Counted from the stretch's first letter, positions 10,230 to 22,060 are shown. The stretch: 64,000 nucleotides of DNA from Pseudomonadales bacterium (GCA_024234615.1 JACKNY010000001.1:774334-838333); one strand, 5' to 3'. Made by a program: numbers and translations. The notes: generated from the sequence alone by a model not told the origin.

Positions 10230-11633
10230 TTAACTGGTTACTGCTTTAAGTACTGCATCAATACTATCTTTGGCATCACCAAACAGCATACGGGTATTTT
10301 CTTTATAGAAAAGTGGATTATCCACGCCCGCATAGCCAGTGGCCATGCCGCGTTTTAATACGACTGTAGTTTTACCTTTCCAGGGCTCCAGCACTGGCAT
10401 GCCCGCGATGGGGCTATTGGGCTCTTCCTGTGCCGCTGGGTTTACAATATCGTTGGCGCCGATAACAATAGACACGTCCACATCAGGGAAGTCTTCGTTA
10501 ATTTCGTCCATTTCGAACACGATATCGTAGGGAACTTTCGCTTCTGCCAAAAGTACGTTCATGTGACCTGGCATACGTCCTGCAACCGGGTGGATACCAA
10601 AACGTACATTAACTTTTTTATCGCGCAGTTGCTTAGTCAGTTCAAACACGGTGTGTTGCGCTTGCGCTACTGCCATTCCGTACCCTGGAATAATCATGAC
10701 CTCTTTAGCGTCAAGCAGCATCTCGGCCACTTCTTCGGCCTGGACCGCAACCACGTCACCAACGTCACCCGCAGGCCCTGCTGGCGCGCCGGAGCCGCCC
10801 GATGTGCCAAAGCCACCCGCAATTACCGAAAGGAACTTACGGTTCATAGCGCGACACATGATGTAGCTTAAGATGGCGCCGCTACTACCTACTAGTGCGC
10901 CGACCACGATCAACAGGTCGTTGTTCAGCATAAAGCCAGTGGCTGCTGCAGCCCAACCGGAATAGCTGTTGAGCATGGAAACCACTACGGGCATATCAGC
11001 ACCGCCGATAGCCATAACCATATGGATACCGAAGAGCAAAGCAACTAAAGTCATCAGCATCAGTGGCATCATGCCGCCGCCGGTAGCGGATTGGTTTAAA
11101 AAGTCATTACCAAACCAGACGGCCAGTACTAATAAACCCAGGTTGAGCCAGTGACGGGCCGGTAACATTAACGGTTTGCCACTGATTTTTGCGCTCAGTT
11201 TTAAGAAGGCAATGATGGAGCCGGAGAAGGTCAGGGCACCGATCAAAATACCCAGATAAGTTTCAACATCATGAATGGTCTTTTCAACACCGGTAATGGC
11301 TAGACTATGATCCATAAAGTTAGCATAACCGACTAACACGGCGGCTAAACCGACCAGGCTGTGGAGAATTGCCACTAGCTCTGGCATTTGCGTCATTTCA
11401 ACTTTCTTGGCTAACACCCAGCCAATTAAGCCACCGATCGCGGCACCGGCAATCAATACCACATAGTTAGCGGTGACAATGCCGATCAGTGTTGCGATCA
11501 AAGCTAAGGTCATGCCGATCATGCCGTAAAGGTTACCACGACGTGCGGTTTCCTGGTTGCTTAAGCCACCCAATGCCAGAATAAATAGGATCGAGGCGCC
11601 GATGTAGGATACGGTTACTATTCCTGTAGACAT
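10230..11633 (-). CDS. pntB: NAD(P) transhydrogenase subunit beta
   Basis: 467 aa, N-terminal multi-TM region + C-terminal NADP(H) domain ([24 protein letters not shown]). Confidence 0.92.
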   Translation of the reverse strand: MSTGIVTVSYIGASILFILALGGLSNQETARRGNLYGMIGMTLALIATLIGIVTANYVVLIAGAAIGGLIGWVLAKKVEMTQMPELVAILHSLVGLAAVLVGYANFMDHSLAITGVEKTIHDVETYLGILIGALTFSGSIIAFLKLSAKISGKPLMLPARHWLNLGLLVLAVWFGNDFLNQSATGGGMMPLMLMTLVALLFGIHMVMAIGGADMPVVVSMLNSYSGWAAAATGFMLNNDLLIVVGALVGSSGAILSYIMCRAMNRKFLSVIAGGFGTSGGSGAPAGPAGDVGDVVAVQAEEVAEMLLDAKEVMIIPGYGMAVAQAQHTVFELTKQLRDKKVNVRFGIHPVAGRMPGHMNVLLAEAKVPYDIVFEMDEINEDFPDVDVSIVIGANDIVNPAAQEEPNSPIAGMPVLEPWKGKTTVVLKRGMATGYAGVDNPLFYKENTRMLFGDAKDSIDAVLKAVTS

Positions 11634-11645
11634 GTTTCTCTCCCC

Positions 11646-13202
11646 TTACTTTCTGAACATAGCTAACATGCGTTGGGTCACGGCAAAGCCGCCCACGATG
11701 TTAATGCTGGTGATTAATATGGCGACGCCAGACAGGATCATGATCCAATTTTGATCTGATGAAACTTGAATTAAAGCGCCGATAATGATGATGCTGCTAA
11801 TCGCGTTAGTCACACTCATCAAGGGGGTGTGCAGCGAGGGAGAAACGTTCCAGATCACCATATAGCCGACAAAACAAGCCAGCACAAACACGGTAAAGTG
11901 CGCCATAAAGGCGGCAGGAGCGACTGCACCTAAACCATACAGAGCGGCAACGCCAATTATAAAGGGCAATAAACTCGCTAACTTGCTGGGTTGTTTTGGT
12001 TCTGCTTTCACCATGGGTGCTGGCTCAGCCGCTTTTTTTGGTGCTGCGGAGAGCTTCGGTGCCGGTGGTGGCCAGGTGATTTCGCCGCTGTTGATTACAG
12101 TCGCACCACGGATAGCCTCGTCTTCCATGTTGACGAAAATTTCACCATTTTTCTCGGGGCTTAATTCGGTTAACAGGTGTCTTAAGTTGGTGCCATATAG
12201 CTGACTGGCTTGTGCCGCCAAACGGCTTGGCAGGTCGGTATAACCTATTAGTGTCACGCCGTGCTTGACCACAACCTTATCGGCTTCGGTCAGTTTACAG
12301 TTACCGCCTTTTTCAGCGGCCAAATCGACAATTACGCTACCGGGCTTCATGGTTTTAACCATGGCTTCGGTGATTAACTCCGGTGCTGGTCGGCCAGGAA
12401 TCAATGCCGTGGTGATAATAATGTCGACATCCATCGCTTGTCTTGCGAACAGTTCCATTTCCGCTTTGATAAACTCATCGCTCATGACTTTGGCATAACC
12501 ACCTTCACCAGTACCGTCATCATCACCTTCGAATTCCAGCATAAGGAATTCAGCATCCATACTTTCGACCTGTTCTTTCACTTCCGGGCGGGTATCGAAA
12601 GCACGGACAATTGCCCCCATGCTTTTCGCTGCGCCGATAGCGGCAAGACCGGCAACACCTGCGCCGATCACCAATACTTTTGCGGGAGGAATTTTACCAG
12701 CGGCGGTAATCTGGCCGGTAAAGAAGCGTCCAAAATGCTGGGCAGCTTCGACTACGGCGCGGTAGCCGCCAATATTGGCTAGTGAACTTAAGGCGTCCAT
12801 TTTCTGCGCGCGGGAAATACGCGGTACGCTGTCCATGGCGAGCACCGTAACTTTTTTCTCAGCTAAACGTTGCATCAGCGTTTCATTTTGCGCGGGCCAG
12901 ATAAAGCTCAGTAGGGTTTGCCCTTCGTGTAGCAACTCGACTTCGTCAATACAAAGCTCAGGATGGGTCTCTGGCGCACGGACCTTAAAAATGATGTCCG
13001 ATTCTGCCCAGAGCTTTTTTGTGTCCTCAACGATAGTCACGCCTGATTCTCGATAGGCATCGTCAGAAAAGTTAGCTGCCTGACCGGCATTTGACTCTAT
13101 AGCTACGTCAAACCCCAGCTTAATCAGCTGCTCCGCCACTTCAGGGGTGGTAGCAACCTTTTTCTCCCCTTCATGGATCTCTTTAGGTATCCCAATTCGC
13201 AT
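11646..13202 (-). CDS. pntA: NAD(P) transhydrogenase subunit alpha
   Basis: 518 aa; AlaDH-like dI domain with Rossmann [12 protein letters not shown]-terminal TM helices. Confidence 0.92.
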   Translation of the reverse strand: MRIGIPKEIHEGEKKVATTPEVAEQLIKLGFDVAIESNAGQAANFSDDAYRESGVTIVEDTKKLWAESDIIFKVRAPETHPELCIDEVELLHEGQTLLSFIWPAQNETLMQRLAEKKVTVLAMDSVPRISRAQKMDALSSLANIGGYRAVVEAAQHFGRFFTGQITAAGKIPPAKVLVIGAGVAGLAAIGAAKSMGAIVRAFDTRPEVKEQVESMDAEFLMLEFEGDDDGTGEGGYAKVMSDEFIKAEMELFARQAMDVDIIITTALIPGRPAPELITEAMVKTMKPGSVIVDLAAEKGGNCKLTEADKVVVKHGVTLIGYTDLPSRLAAQASQLYGTNLRHLLTELSPEKNGEIFVNMEDEAIRGATVINSGEITWPPPAPKLSAAPKKAAEPAPMVKAEPKQPSKLASLLPFIIGVAALYGLGAVAPAAFMAHFTVFVLACFVGYMVIWNVSPSLHTPLMSVTNAISSIIIIGALIQVSSDQNWIMILSGVAILITSINIVGGFAVTQRMLAMFRK

Positions 13203-13579
13203 CTTTAATTTCTCCTCAAATGTGAGTACTTCCGCCCTTGGTTTTTACTGCGCTGAGTACATCGGAACAATGCCAGCGCTAATTGACAACGGCCACCGAA
13301 TACCGAGTAAGTAAAACTGCCGGACTGTTTTTCGTCACCCCTTGTGACGGGGTTTATTGACTGACCGACGAGATGATAATGTTGCGGGGAATGATTGTCT
13401 TGCCTGTGAATGTGTAACCTATTGATTTTAGGTGCAGCCCTTCTAGGTTTTTAACATTCGAAAAGTGAGTTGTTAACAGGTTGCCCCGTCAGCCAGTATC
13501 GCCCCCAACAATATCAGCGCCAAGTGATAATGAACCACAATGAATTTATTTGCAAAGCCTTGCACTAATTTTAGTGATC

Positions 13580-14209
13580 TTAGGGGTTATTGGGCTGGGC
13601 GCTTGATTCTGGGTTTTGGGCGCGTACTGAGATGATGAATACCGGTTCTACGGGGATATCATAGTTACGTTCGAAGTTGGTGGTGTCGACATTGCTGATT
13701 TTATCAACTACCTCCATACCTGTTATGACCTTACCAAATACGGTATAGCCACCGCTACTTTTGCTGTAGTTCAGGTGGGTATTGTCTTCTACATTAATAA
13801 AGAACTGTGCTCTGGCGCTATTGACATCTTGAGTGCGCGCCATGGCGATGGTGCCACGCTCATTATTCAAACCATTATTGGCTTCGCTGACAATCGGCTC
13901 GCCAGTGGGTTTGAGTTGTAATTCTTGGTCCAGACCGCCGCCTTGAATCATAAAATAGGCAATCACACGGTGAAACAGCGTGCCGTTATAGAAGCCTTGG
14001 TTGACGTAATCCAGAAAATTAGCGACCGTGATGGGAGCAGCCGCTGGGTAGAGTACCAACTGAATGGTGCCCATGCTGGTTTCCATGGTGATCAGGGGAT
14101 TATTGTTGGCTTGATTGTTCGAGTCGGCGTTGTTTGAATCCGCAGTGCTTGGTGCAGCGAATGCTGTACACACTGTAATAAGTAGCCAAATTCGAAGGGA
14201 TGAAATCAT
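13580..14209 (-). CDS. ppiA: Periplasmic cyclophilin-type peptidyl-prolyl cis-trans isomerase
   Basis: Signal peptide, FHRVIxxFMIQGGG and cyclophilin core; short ADSNN-ADSNN low-complexity linker. Confidence 0.85.
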   Translation of the reverse strand: MISSLRIWLLITVCTAFAAPSTADSNNADSNNQANNNPLITMETSMGTIQLVLYPAAAPITVANFLDYVNQGFYNGTLFHRVIAYFMIQGGGLDQELQLKPTGEPIVSEANNGLNNERGTIAMARTQDVNSARAQFFINVEDNTHLNYSKSSGGYTVFGKVITGMEVVDKISNVDTTNFERNYDIPVEPVFIISVRAQNPESSAQPNNP

Positions 14210-14257
14210 ATATCGTGCCTATTTGATATTTTCCAAGAACTGAATTGTTACTGTGTT

Positions 14258-14920
14258 TTAGACCCAGCCAGGATCTTTTCGCTTGCGGCGAATGGAGGGT
14301 ATGGTCAGCCCTAAAAAGATACCGATTAAAATAGCCCCGGCACCGTAGAGGAAATATTCTTTGTTAGTATCATCCTTTAGGCGATCAATTTTTGCCGTCA
14401 TTAATTCAATTTGGTTTTGTAACTGCTGATTTTCTTCGACCAGCTCCTGATTACGTTGATTGATAGCGACGGTATTGCCAGACACCTGCTTGATGTAGGC
14501 GAGTTCGTCTGAAATTTTAGTATTAAATTCTTTCAGCGCCTGATTGTCCTGTTGCAACTTCTCAGCCATTTGTTCCAGCTCTGATTGGCTGCCTTTTAAG
14601 GCGTTTCTTTGTTCGGAGAGTTCTTTCAATTTGGCTTCCGCCGCTTCGAGCCGTACTTTAGCGATGGGCTGTGACACTAAATAACGGGTCAACATCCAAC
14701 CTTCGGTACCTTTTTTAGTGACAACTTTGCTGTAACCCGATGCCTTGTCGTCCTCTAAAAGCTTGACCGAGGTGCCTGTTTTCAGCTCTGCCACAATACG
14801 GTAACCGTTGGTATTGCCGCTGCGTAATGGGACACGAAAACTATCTGTCACATAAAAAGTTTCTGCCTGTAGCGTAGTACTTAGCAGCAAAGCAGTAAGA
14901 GTTAACCAAGCATTCTTCAT
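14258..14920 (-). CDS. SH3 domain protein with coiled coil and C-terminal TM anchor (YgiM/TIGR04211-like)
   Basis: Signal peptide, SH3-like N-domain, long coiled coil, C-terminal hydrophobic helix + RRKRK. Confidence 0.7.
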   Translation of the reverse strand: MKNAWLTLTALLLSTTLQAETFYVTDSFRVPLRSGNTNGYRIVAELKTGTSVKLLEDDKASGYSKVVTKKGTEGWMLTRYLVSQPIAKVRLEAAEAKLKELSEQRNALKGSQSELEQMAEKLQQDNQALKEFNTKISDELAYIKQVSGNTVAINQRNQELVEENQQLQNQIELMTAKIDRLKDDTNKEYFLYGAGAILIGIFLGLTIPSIRRKRKDPGWV

Positions 14921-14930
14921 TCTGACTTCC

Positions 14931-15230
14931 TTAGGGTAAAACTTTTTTATAGGGTTTTACGGTAACTTTTTGGTACACCCCCGCACTCACAAAGGGGTCT
15001 ATGTCCGCCCAGGCCTGCGCCGCATCCAGAGAGTCAAATTCGGCCACCACTAGACTGCCGCTATAGCCCGCTGTGCCAGGGTCTTCTGAGTCAATAGCCG
15101 GATGTGGTCCAGCCAGGATGAGCCGGCCTTGCTGTTTCAACTGCTCGAGCCTTTCAAGGTGGGCTGGACGGTTGGCTTGGCGCAGCGCTAAGCTGTTAGG
15201 TACATCTTCACTGATAATGGCATAGAGCAT
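14931..15230 (-). CDS. yciI: YciI family protein
   Basis: 99 aa; YciI-like pattern ([16 protein letters not shown]...DPF). Confidence 0.75.
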   Translation of the reverse strand: MLYAIISEDVPNSLALRQANRPAHLERLEQLKQQGRLILAGPHPAIDSEDPGTAGYSGSLVVAEFDSLDAAQAWADIDPFVSAGVYQKVTVKPYKKVLP

Positions 15231-15239
15231 GCTAAATAC

Positions 15240-15821
15240 TTACTCCTCGTTTTCTTTCTTGGTGCTAATTTGTTCAATTTGTCCTTCGCTAAGGTGTCGA
15301 CTCAAGTAGAGTCCTTGTAGGACAACAAAAACAATAGTCAATCCAAGCATGCCGAATAGCTTAAAGTTGACCCATTGTTCTTCGGTGAAGTGACCACTGA
15401 ACGCCACATAAATATTAACTAAACCTGACAGGAGGAAAAAGCCTATCCACAGATAATTGAGTTTGCTCCAGATTGACTTGGGTAATTCAAGTTGGCCGCC
15501 CATCATGCGTTCAAGAATATTTTTTGAGCCGATAAATTCACTAACTAAAAATGCCACCGCAAACAACCAGTTAACGACGGTTGGTTTCCACTGAATGAAC
15601 ACCTTGTCCTGGAGAATTACTGTAGCGCCGCCAAGGGTGACGACCAAAAATAGCGTCACCAGGTACATTTTTTCAATCTTACGGGTACGCCAGTAGGCAT
15701 AAATAACCTGGAACACAGTAGCGGGAATCAGGATGGCGGTCGCGGTCACTATGTCATTGGTGTATTTATAGATTGCAAAAAATATGGCGATGGGAAAGAA
15801 ATCGAACAACAGTTTTTTCAT
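15240..15821 (-). CDS. yciB: Intracellular septation protein A
   Basis: 193 aa, 5 TM helices, MKKLLFDFFPIxxFFxxYK N-terminus typical of YciB/IspZ. Confidence 0.8.
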   Translation of the reverse strand: MKKLLFDFFPIAIFFAIYKYTNDIVTATAILIPATVFQVIYAYWRTRKIEKMYLVTLFLVVTLGGATVILQDKVFIQWKPTVVNWLFAVAFLVSEFIGSKNILERMMGGQLELPKSIWSKLNYLWIGFFLLSGLVNIYVAFSGHFTEEQWVNFKLFGMLGLTIVFVVLQGLYLSRHLSEGQIEQISTKKENEE

Positions 15822-15929
15822 GGGTTGGCTACATGCAGATGAAGTTTAGACAAGCCCAAGTATAGCCTGAGCGCTGAAATAAAGCGGCGTATTATAAAGC
15901 AACTTTTGCGGAATTTCTGATTTGGAGCG

Positions 15930-15958
15930 AAAAAAAGCCGGATAGCGGAAGTGGCTTC
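15930..15958 (-). terminator. Weak terminator candidate after btuF (end of cob operon)
   Basis: Minus strand GAAGCC-13 nt loop-GGCUU followed by UUUUUUU; large loop, so weak. Confidence 0.35.
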
Positions 15959-16014
15959 AATGTGTAACAAAAATTTATCGGCAAGATATGGATGAAACTC
16001 CGATTAACATATCC

Positions 16015-16896
16015 TCAGCGCACGCTTCGTGCTTGTTCAAGTTGTTGACATAAAAGCCGAGCGCCTTCTAGCACGCGTGGTGAATGTCTTTGCACGATGT
16101 CTGGGGGAATAAAGAAAAGGTGGCCGTGTTTAACCGCTTTCAGGGTTGGCCAGTTTAACCAATTATCCAGCCAGTCCGGGCGTTGTGCATCTATGCCGCT
16201 GGAGATGATGACTTCTGGGTCTTGTGTTAAGACAGCCTCGATACTGATCTGTGTGGTCAGATTTGGCAGATCAGAAAATACGTTTTTGCCGCCGCAGAGC
16301 TTGATTAAATGGCTGATCAAATGACGCTCATTTAGTGTGACCAGCGGATTATTCCATACCTGATAGAAGGTGGTTACCGGGCGACGCTGGGAATAGGTAA
16401 AGCGCAATTGCTGTAATTCATTGAGAAAGGCAGCGCTGGCCTTGTCAGCGACGGAGGTATTTCCTGTCAGACGACCGAGTCTGATGAGGTTGGTGGCGAT
16501 ATCTTCAGGAATTTCTGGGTTAGTGGTATAGAGAGGAAGGCCTAGTTCTTTAAGTCGATTAATCTGGTTGGCACCATTGCCACTAAGCCAAGCAACCACT
16601 AGGTCGGGTTTAATCGCCATAAGGGTTTCGAAATCAATTTTTGTATAGGTTCCTAACTGTGGCAGAGTTTTCGCAATAGGTGGGTAATCGCTGTAGCTAA
16701 CGCCTGCTATTACCTGACTACCGGCCCCGGCCGCAAATAACATTTCCGTGACATGTGGCGCTAGGCTCGCCACACGTTTTGCCGGTTTGCTGGTCTGAAT
16801 GGAATGACCGAGGTCATCAGTCACCTGAATTGAGCCTGATTGCGCAAGCGAGATGCGAATAATAAGCATACAGGCGATAAAAAGCAGGTGTCGCAT
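16015..16896 (-). CDS. btuF: Periplasmic cobalamin-binding protein (ABC substrate-binding, BtuF-like)
   Basis: Signal peptide, class-8 periplasmic binding protein layout (RVASLAPHVTEMLFAAGAG...PDLVVAW), last gene of B12 operon. Confidence 0.7.
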   Translation of the reverse strand: MRHLLFIACMLIIRISLAQSGSIQVTDDLGHSIQTSKPAKRVASLAPHVTEMLFAAGAGSQVIAGVSYSDYPPIAKTLPQLGTYTKIDFETLMAIKPDLVVAWLSGNGANQINRLKELGLPLYTTNPEIPEDIATNLIRLGRLTGNTSVADKASAAFLNELQQLRFTYSQRRPVTTFYQVWNNPLVTLNERHLISHLIKLCGGKNVFSDLPNLTTQISIEAVLTQDPEVIISSGIDAQRPDWLDNWLNWPTLKAVKHGHLFFIPPDIVQRHSPRVLEGARLLCQQLEQARSVR

Positions 16897-16938
16897 TAGT
16901 TGAGTGTTGTCCGCACAGAGCTATTAAGTGATTGTCTA

Positions 16939-17697
16939 TTAGCCATAATGAGCGACCATCGTTAACAGTACTCCGACTTCAAGCATTTCCACTAGCGCAC
17001 CCGTAGTATCCCCGGTACAACCGCCAATACGTGTAATCATCATCCTTCGCAACATCAGGAAAGATAGCCCGCTCACCAGTATTATTTTTAAACTGAGTGA
17101 AAAGGCTGCCAGTAATAGGAAGGTGGGAAGCAGAAGGCAAATAGCGAGGGCCGTGCGACGAGGAAAGTGGTTAATCAAAACTTCACCTAAGCCCAGGGGG
17201 CGGACATAGGGGGTTGTGAGAAACAATACCAGTATGCTCAATCGGGCCAGTACCGGAGGTATTAGCAGCAGTAATAAATTACCACTCAGCATAAGAAGTG
17301 CAGCTAATGTGGCCGCTTTGATTAAAAGCAATAGCACCAACGCGGTTACAGCCATTGGGCCACAGTGGGGGTCTTTCATTATTCTGAGAGTGCGCTCGCC
17401 AGAACCTAAGCCCCCGGCCCAGGCATCGACAGAGTCAGCAAAGCCGTCCAGATGCAGTGCGCCAGTGAGTATTACCCAAATAGTGAGCACCAGAACCGCG
17501 CTGAGTATGTGTGTAAACAGCAGGTTTGATACATAGGCGGTTGCAGAAAGCGATAACCCCAGCAGCAATCCGATCAGCGGGTAATAGAGTGACGATTGCC
17601 CGATATCTTCCCCATCGGGTGTCGCTGTTGTGGGGAGTGGAATAATCGTTAAAAATTGGCAGGCCAGTAGGAACGGGCGCAGGCTCTGAGCTATCAT
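16939..17697 (-). CDS. cobS: Adenosylcobinamide-GDP ribazoletransferase (cobalamin synthase)
   Basis: 252 aa polytopic membrane protein, LTIIPLP and HLDGFAD motifs. Confidence 0.8.
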   Translation of the reverse strand: MIAQSLRPFLLACQFLTIIPLPTTATPDGEDIGQSSLYYPLIGLLLGLSLSATAYVSNLLFTHILSAVLVLTIWVILTGALHLDGFADSVDAWAGGLGSGERTLRIMKDPHCGPMAVTALVLLLLIKAATLAALLMLSGNLLLLLIPPVLARLSILVLFLTTPYVRPLGLGEVLINHFPRRTALAICLLLPTFLLLAAFSLSLKIILVSGLSFLMLRRMMITRIGGCTGDTTGALVEMLEVGVLLTMVAHYG

Positions 17698-18323
17698 TGA
17701 ATTGTAATGACAGGGTTATGAAAAACAAGAACAGGGTGGCGACTGTCGGCGCCATGATAAACCCGAATACGGCTGAGCGCGGCATAGGGCACATGCAGGC
17801 GCCCGATTGCATTTAACGGCATATTTAGCACCTGTGCCAAAATAATTCTGATAGTGCCGCCGTGCTGCACGCAAAGAATATGTTCGTCTTCGTAGCTGTT
17901 AATTGTTTCCTGCCAGCCAGCCAAAACGCGCTGTTGAAAATCGCTCATATTTTCCCCACCAGGAGGTGATAGCTTGGCGGGGTTAAGCATGAACTGCTTA
18001 GCATGTTCAGGATAATTATCCCAGACCTCCTGTATTGGTCTGCCATCCCAGTCGCCAAAGTGCATTTCGCGGAAGAATGAATTGACCTCTGCGGGGATAC
18101 CGATCTCCTCGGCCAATTGATCGCTAAACCGCTGACAGCGTTGCAGCGGTGACGTAATGATGCGCTGCCACGGTAAGGGCTGCTCTACCAGCGAGAGGCT
18201 TTCGCGCATCTGTCGCCAACCAGAATCCGTTAGCGCAACATCGGTATGGCCGCGGTAGATTTCTCCACCCTCGCATTCTCCGTGCCGTAATAAATCAATA
18301 GTTGTGAAGCTGTTTAGGTTCAT
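17694..18323 (-). CDS. cobC: Alpha-ribazole phosphatase (histidine phosphatase family)
   Basis: LLRHGECEG RHG motif, 4-nt overlaps with cobT and cobS. Confidence 0.75.
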   Translation of the reverse strand: MNLNSFTTIDLLRHGECEGGEIYRGHTDVALTDSGWRQMRESLSLVEQPLPWQRIITSPLQRCQRFSDQLAEEIGIPAEVNSFFREMHFGDWDGRPIQEVWDNYPEHAKQFMLNPAKLSPPGGENMSDFQQRVLAGWQETINSYEDEHILCVQHGGTIRIILAQVLNMPLNAIGRLHVPYAALSRIRVYHGADSRHPVLVFHNPVITIQ

Positions 18324-19384
18324 TCGCTTGCCCCATGGGACTTATCACTAACACCTGCATTTTCAAAGGTAGCCATCTGGTTATGTAGTCGACAAGCCAT
18401 GCGCAGCAAGGGGGCGGCAACTGCAGCGCCACTGCCTTCGCCAAGGCGCATTCCCAATGAAAGTAGAGGGTGAGCGTTCAATGCTTGCAAAACCTTTTGA
18501 TGGCCCTGTTCCGCTGACTGATGGGAGAAGATTAACCAATCTCTTACGCCGGGATTTATTTTAACGGCTAACAATGCTGCGACGGTACAGATAAAACCAT
18601 CGACCAGAACCGCTAGCCCAAGCTGGGCACAATGGGTATAAGCGCCAACCAAAGCGGCGATCTCAAATCCGCCCAGACACTCTAATATTGATATAGGCTC
18701 AGCCAATAATGCCTGGTGCTTTTCCAAAGCTCTTCTTACCGCCGCTATTTTGCGTGCAAGGCCTTCATTGTCAACACCTGTGCCTGATCCTACCAGCGCT
18801 GATGCAGGCTCGCGTAATACAGCACAGGCTAGAGCCGCAGCCGTGGTGGTATTACCAATGCCCATTTCGCCACCGATAAAAATATCAGCGCCGTTGGCCA
18901 TTGCTTCTGCGGCAATGGTTTGCCCTGCTTTGAGAGCCTGTGCAAGCTGTTCCGATGACATGGCGGGTTCGACACAAAAATTCTTGGTGCCGGGGCCAAC
19001 AATATAATTTAGCACCTTCGCATGTGTGGGAGCGGAGTTGGCAGTACCTAAATTCACAACCGCAAAATCGGCTTCTAGCTCCTCGGCTAACTGACTAATT
19101 GCAGCACCGCCATGGACGAAATTGCGAATCATTTCTACCGTCACGGCTTGAGGGAAGGCGGAAACCCCTTCTGTAGCCACACCATGGTCGGCAGCAAAAA
19201 TACGAATTGTGATATGCCGGATATTTGGAGAGAGTTTGTTTTGCATGGCAGCTAGTTGTATTGCCAACTCTTCCAGTTGGCCTAAGGAGCCAGCAGGTTT
19301 GGTGAGGGTTAGTTGATGTTGTCGTGCCTGTATGGCCAGATCGACGTTAATTGTTTTAGCCGGAAGTTGTAACCAAGTGCCCAT
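18320..19384 (-). CDS. cobT: Nicotinate-nucleotide--dimethylbenzimidazole phosphoribosyltransferase
   Basis: 354 aa; LTKPxGSLGxLE, GGEMGIGNTT motifs. Confidence 0.9.
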   Translation of the reverse strand: MGTWLQLPAKTINVDLAIQARQHQLTLTKPAGSLGQLEELAIQLAAMQNKLSPNIRHITIRIFAADHGVATEGVSAFPQAVTVEMIRNFVHGGAAISQLAEELEADFAVVNLGTANSAPTHAKVLNYIVGPGTKNFCVEPAMSSEQLAQALKAGQTIAAEAMANGADIFIGGEMGIGNTTTAAALACAVLREPASALVGSGTGVDNEGLARKIAAVRRALEKHQALLAEPISILECLGGFEIAALVGAYTHCAQLGLAVLVDGFICTVAALLAVKINPGVRDWLIFSHQSAEQGHQKVLQALNAHPLLSLGMRLGEGSGAAVAAPLLRMACRLHNQMATFENAGVSDKSHGASE

Positions 19385-19911
19385 TAACTATTCTCCAAAA
19401 TGGATGTATCTTTTAGACAATGCGCCAGTCCTGCCACCGCATAGGTGACGCGATCGCAAATTTGCGCTAATCCCTGATGTAACCAACCATTTTCATCGAC
19501 GAACTGACGGGTTAGATGGCCGAGTGGGACGATGCCAGAACCGACTTCATTGCCAACCAGAATAATGTCGCCCGGCAGGCTGGGCAGAGTTTCAAATAAC
19601 GCCTTACGCTCTTTGCGCCAAACAGCTGGATTTACAAGATGATTGCTGACCCAGAGCGTCAAGCAATCAACCACCACACAACGGTCTTTCGCAGCCTCGC
19701 GACTGAGCACCACAGTTAGCTCAAGGGGTTCTTCAATCACTAACCAACGATTATCACGCCGTTCGCGGTGTTGCCTGATACGTTGCGCCATTTCTGCATC
19801 TCCCTCTTCGGCGGTTGCGATGTAAACCAGTTGTTTTTTACTAGCGATGGCGTGCTGCTCTGCCAGTCGACTTTTGCCTGAGCGCGCGCCGCCTAGAATT
19901 AGCTCAAGCAT
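19384..19911 (-). CDS. cobU: Adenosylcobinamide kinase / adenosylcobinamide-phosphate guanylyltransferase
   Basis: 175 aa; P-loop GGARSGKS; HRxRR region. Confidence 0.85.
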   Translation of the reverse strand: MLELILGGARSGKSRLAEQHAIASKKQLVYIATAEEGDAEMAQRIRQHRERRDNRWLVIEEPLELTVVLSREAAKDRCVVVDCLTLWVSNHLVNPAVWRKERKALFETLPSLPGDIILVGNEVGSGIVPLGHLTRQFVDENGWLHQGLAQICDRVTYAVAGLAHCLKDTSILENS

Positions 19912-21400
19912 GGGTTGCCGCTAAGTCGAATATTTTTGTTAAATCCAAGTGCTCCTCCAGCGTATCGGCTAGCCTTTCGAGATCAACCTCCTTGCGCAGA
20001 AAGTAATCCGGTGTTTGAGTGGCCTTGAGTCCCGCCCAGCTTAAAAGCGCTTCACAGGCTTGGCGATTATCGAATAGTCCATGCATATAAGTGCCTAGGA
20101 TTTGTTCGTCGTCAGAGACCGCACCATCGTAACGATCGGGAAGCCGGATGGCGGGATAGTTAAGGGCAGGACCGGTGGATACACCACAGTGTATTTCATA
20201 GCCAGCCACCGGAGTGTCGCCGACAATAGTTAAGCGGCCAATCACACGATGTAATTGCTTTTCGGCGACAAGTAGGGTTTTCATGTCGAGAAGGCTGAGT
20301 CCTTCGGCGCGGCTAACCGAACCTTCTATGTGCAAGGGGTCTTCAATGAGTGTACCAAGCATTTGAAAGCCGCCGCAGATACCCATCAGTTTGCCGCCAT
20401 AGCGTAGATGTTTTTGGATGGCGGACTCCCAACCGTTATCGCGCAGCCATTGCAGGTCGCGAATCACACTTTTGCTGCCAGGAAGTATGATTAGGTCAGC
20501 ACCGGGAATAGCTTGTCCAGGCCCGACAAAGGTTAAGTTTACCTGTGGGTGCAGGCGTAGCGGGTCGAAATCCGTATGGTTGCTGATGCGAGAAAGTACC
20601 GGGACAATAACCTTAAGCTGAGCCTTGCTATGATCGATCAATTGCTGGGTGCTAATGGCGTCTTCGGCCTCCAAATGGAAGTCTTGTAAATAGGGTAAGA
20701 CACCAAAAACGGGTTTGCTGGTGCGTTGTTCCAACCAGTCCAGGCCGGGTTTCAGTAGCGCCAGATCGCCACGGAATTTATTGATCACAAAACCTAACAC
20801 GCGATTTTGCTCAGAAGCGGGGAGCAGCGCGAGCGTACCCACTAAATGAGCGAACACGCCGCCGCGATCAATGTCGGCAATCAGAATAACCGGGCAATCA
20901 GCCTCCTCAGCAAAGCCCATATTAGCGATATCGTTGTCACGCAGATTGATTTCCGCCGGGCTACCCGCACCTTCAACAATAATCACTTTATAGCGTTGCT
21001 TAAGACGGTGATAGGACTCAAAAACAGCCTGTTTAGCAATGGCTTTGTAGTCATGATAGGCAATGGCGTCCATTTCCGTCAGCGCTTTGCCTTGGATGAT
21101 AACCTGCGCACCCGTATCGCTATTGGGTTTGAGTAATATCGGGTTCATATCAACGCTGGCTTCAAGCCTGCAAGCCTGCGCTTGCACGGCTTGAGCGCGG
21201 CCTATCTCACCGCTGTCTTCAGTTACGGCACTGTTGAGCGCCATATTTTGTGGTTTAAAGGGGGCGACGCACACACCTCTGCGGACTAATGCTCGGCACA
21301 GGCCACTAACTAATACACTTTTGCCCGCATCGGAAGTGGTGCCTTGCACCATTAGGGTAAAGGATGGCTGTTCAGCGTTCACAGTGCTGTTGATACCCAT
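19904..21400 (-). CDS. cobQ: Cobyric acid synthase
   Basis: [14 protein letters not shown]-terminal ATP-binding domain + C-terminal GATase ([10 protein letters not shown]); true start may be the internal Met at 21352. Confidence 0.9.
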   Translation of the reverse strand: MGINSTVNAEQPSFTLMVQGTTSDAGKSVLVSGLCRALVRRGVCVAPFKPQNMALNSAVTEDSGEIGRAQAVQAQACRLEASVDMNPILLKPNSDTGAQVIIQGKALTEMDAIAYHDYKAIAKQAVFESYHRLKQRYKVIIVEGAGSPAEINLRDNDIANMGFAEEADCPVILIADIDRGGVFAHLVGTLALLPASEQNRVLGFVINKFRGDLALLKPGLDWLEQRTSKPVFGVLPYLQDFHLEAEDAISTQQLIDHSKAQLKVIVPVLSRISNHTDFDPLRLHPQVNLTFVGPGQAIPGADLIILPGSKSVIRDLQWLRDNGWESAIQKHLRYGGKLMGICGGFQMLGTLIEDPLHIEGSVSRAEGLSLLDMKTLLVAEKQLHRVIGRLTIVGDTPVAGYEIHCGVSTGPALNYPAIRLPDRYDGAVSDDEQILGTYMHGLFDNRQACEALLSWAGLKATQTPDYFLRKEVDLERLADTLEEHLDLTKIFDLAATHA

Positions 21401-21414
21401 ATTGACTAAAGGAG

Positions 21415-22041
21415 TTAATAATCAACCCCCTGACGGGCTTTCACTCCCGCCTTGAAAGCATGTTTGATTTCCTTGATTTCAGAAACCGTATCAGCAAGTT
21501 CTTGCAGAGCACTGCCGCCGCCGCGACCGGTGATGACCACGCTTTGATTTTTGGGGCGGTTTTTTAGTGCCTTGAGAATACGTTCTTCATCCAGGTATTT
21601 GTAGGCAATCATGTAGGTGAGCTCGTCCAGTACGACCAAATGGTAACTGTCATCCTTTAGCATTGGCTCGACCTTAGCCCAGGTGGTTTTCGCGGCAGCA
21701 ATGTCGCCGTCGCGATCCTGAGTGTCCCAGGTGAAGCCTGTGCCCATTTGATAAAAATCTACCTGCGGGCATTGTTCCCGCAAGTAGATTTCCTCGCCGG
21801 ATAGCTGCTGGCCTTTGATAAATTGAACCACGCCCACTTTGAAACCATAGCCCAGCGCGCGTATCACCATGCCAAAGGCGGAGCTGCTCTTACCCTTGCC
21901 ATTGCCGGTCAGCAGAATGAGCACACCACGTTCTGCTGCGGCTTCTTCAATGTGCTGATCGACCTTGGCTTTTTGCTTTTGCATGGCGCGTTTGTGCTTG
22001 TCGGCTTTGGCTTTGCTGGTTTTCTCATTGGTCATGGTCAT
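21415..22041 (-). CDS. cobO: Cob(I)yrinic acid a,c-diamide adenosyltransferase
   Basis: [14 protein letters not shown]-loop typical of CobA/CobO/BtuR; K-rich N-terminal extension. Confidence 0.85.
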   Translation of the reverse strand: MTMTNEKTSKAKADKHKRAMQKQKAKVDQHIEEAAAERGVLILLTGNGKGKSSSAFGMVIRALGYGFKVGVVQFIKGQQLSGEEIYLREQCPQVDFYQMGTGFTWDTQDRDGDIAAAKTTWAKVEPMLKDDSYHLVVLDELTYMIAYKYLDEERILKALKNRPKNQSVVITGRGGGSALQELADTVSEIKEIKHAFKAGVKARQGVDY

Positions 22042-22060
22042 TTCCAGGTCAGAGATTGTT

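Noticed and set aside
14114-14143. 15-nt imperfect tandem repeat.
   Set aside because: It lies inside ppiA and encodes the ADSNN-ADSNN low-complexity linker after the signal peptide. It is not a CRISPR or VNTR-type feature. No CRISPR-like arrays were seen anywhere in the window.
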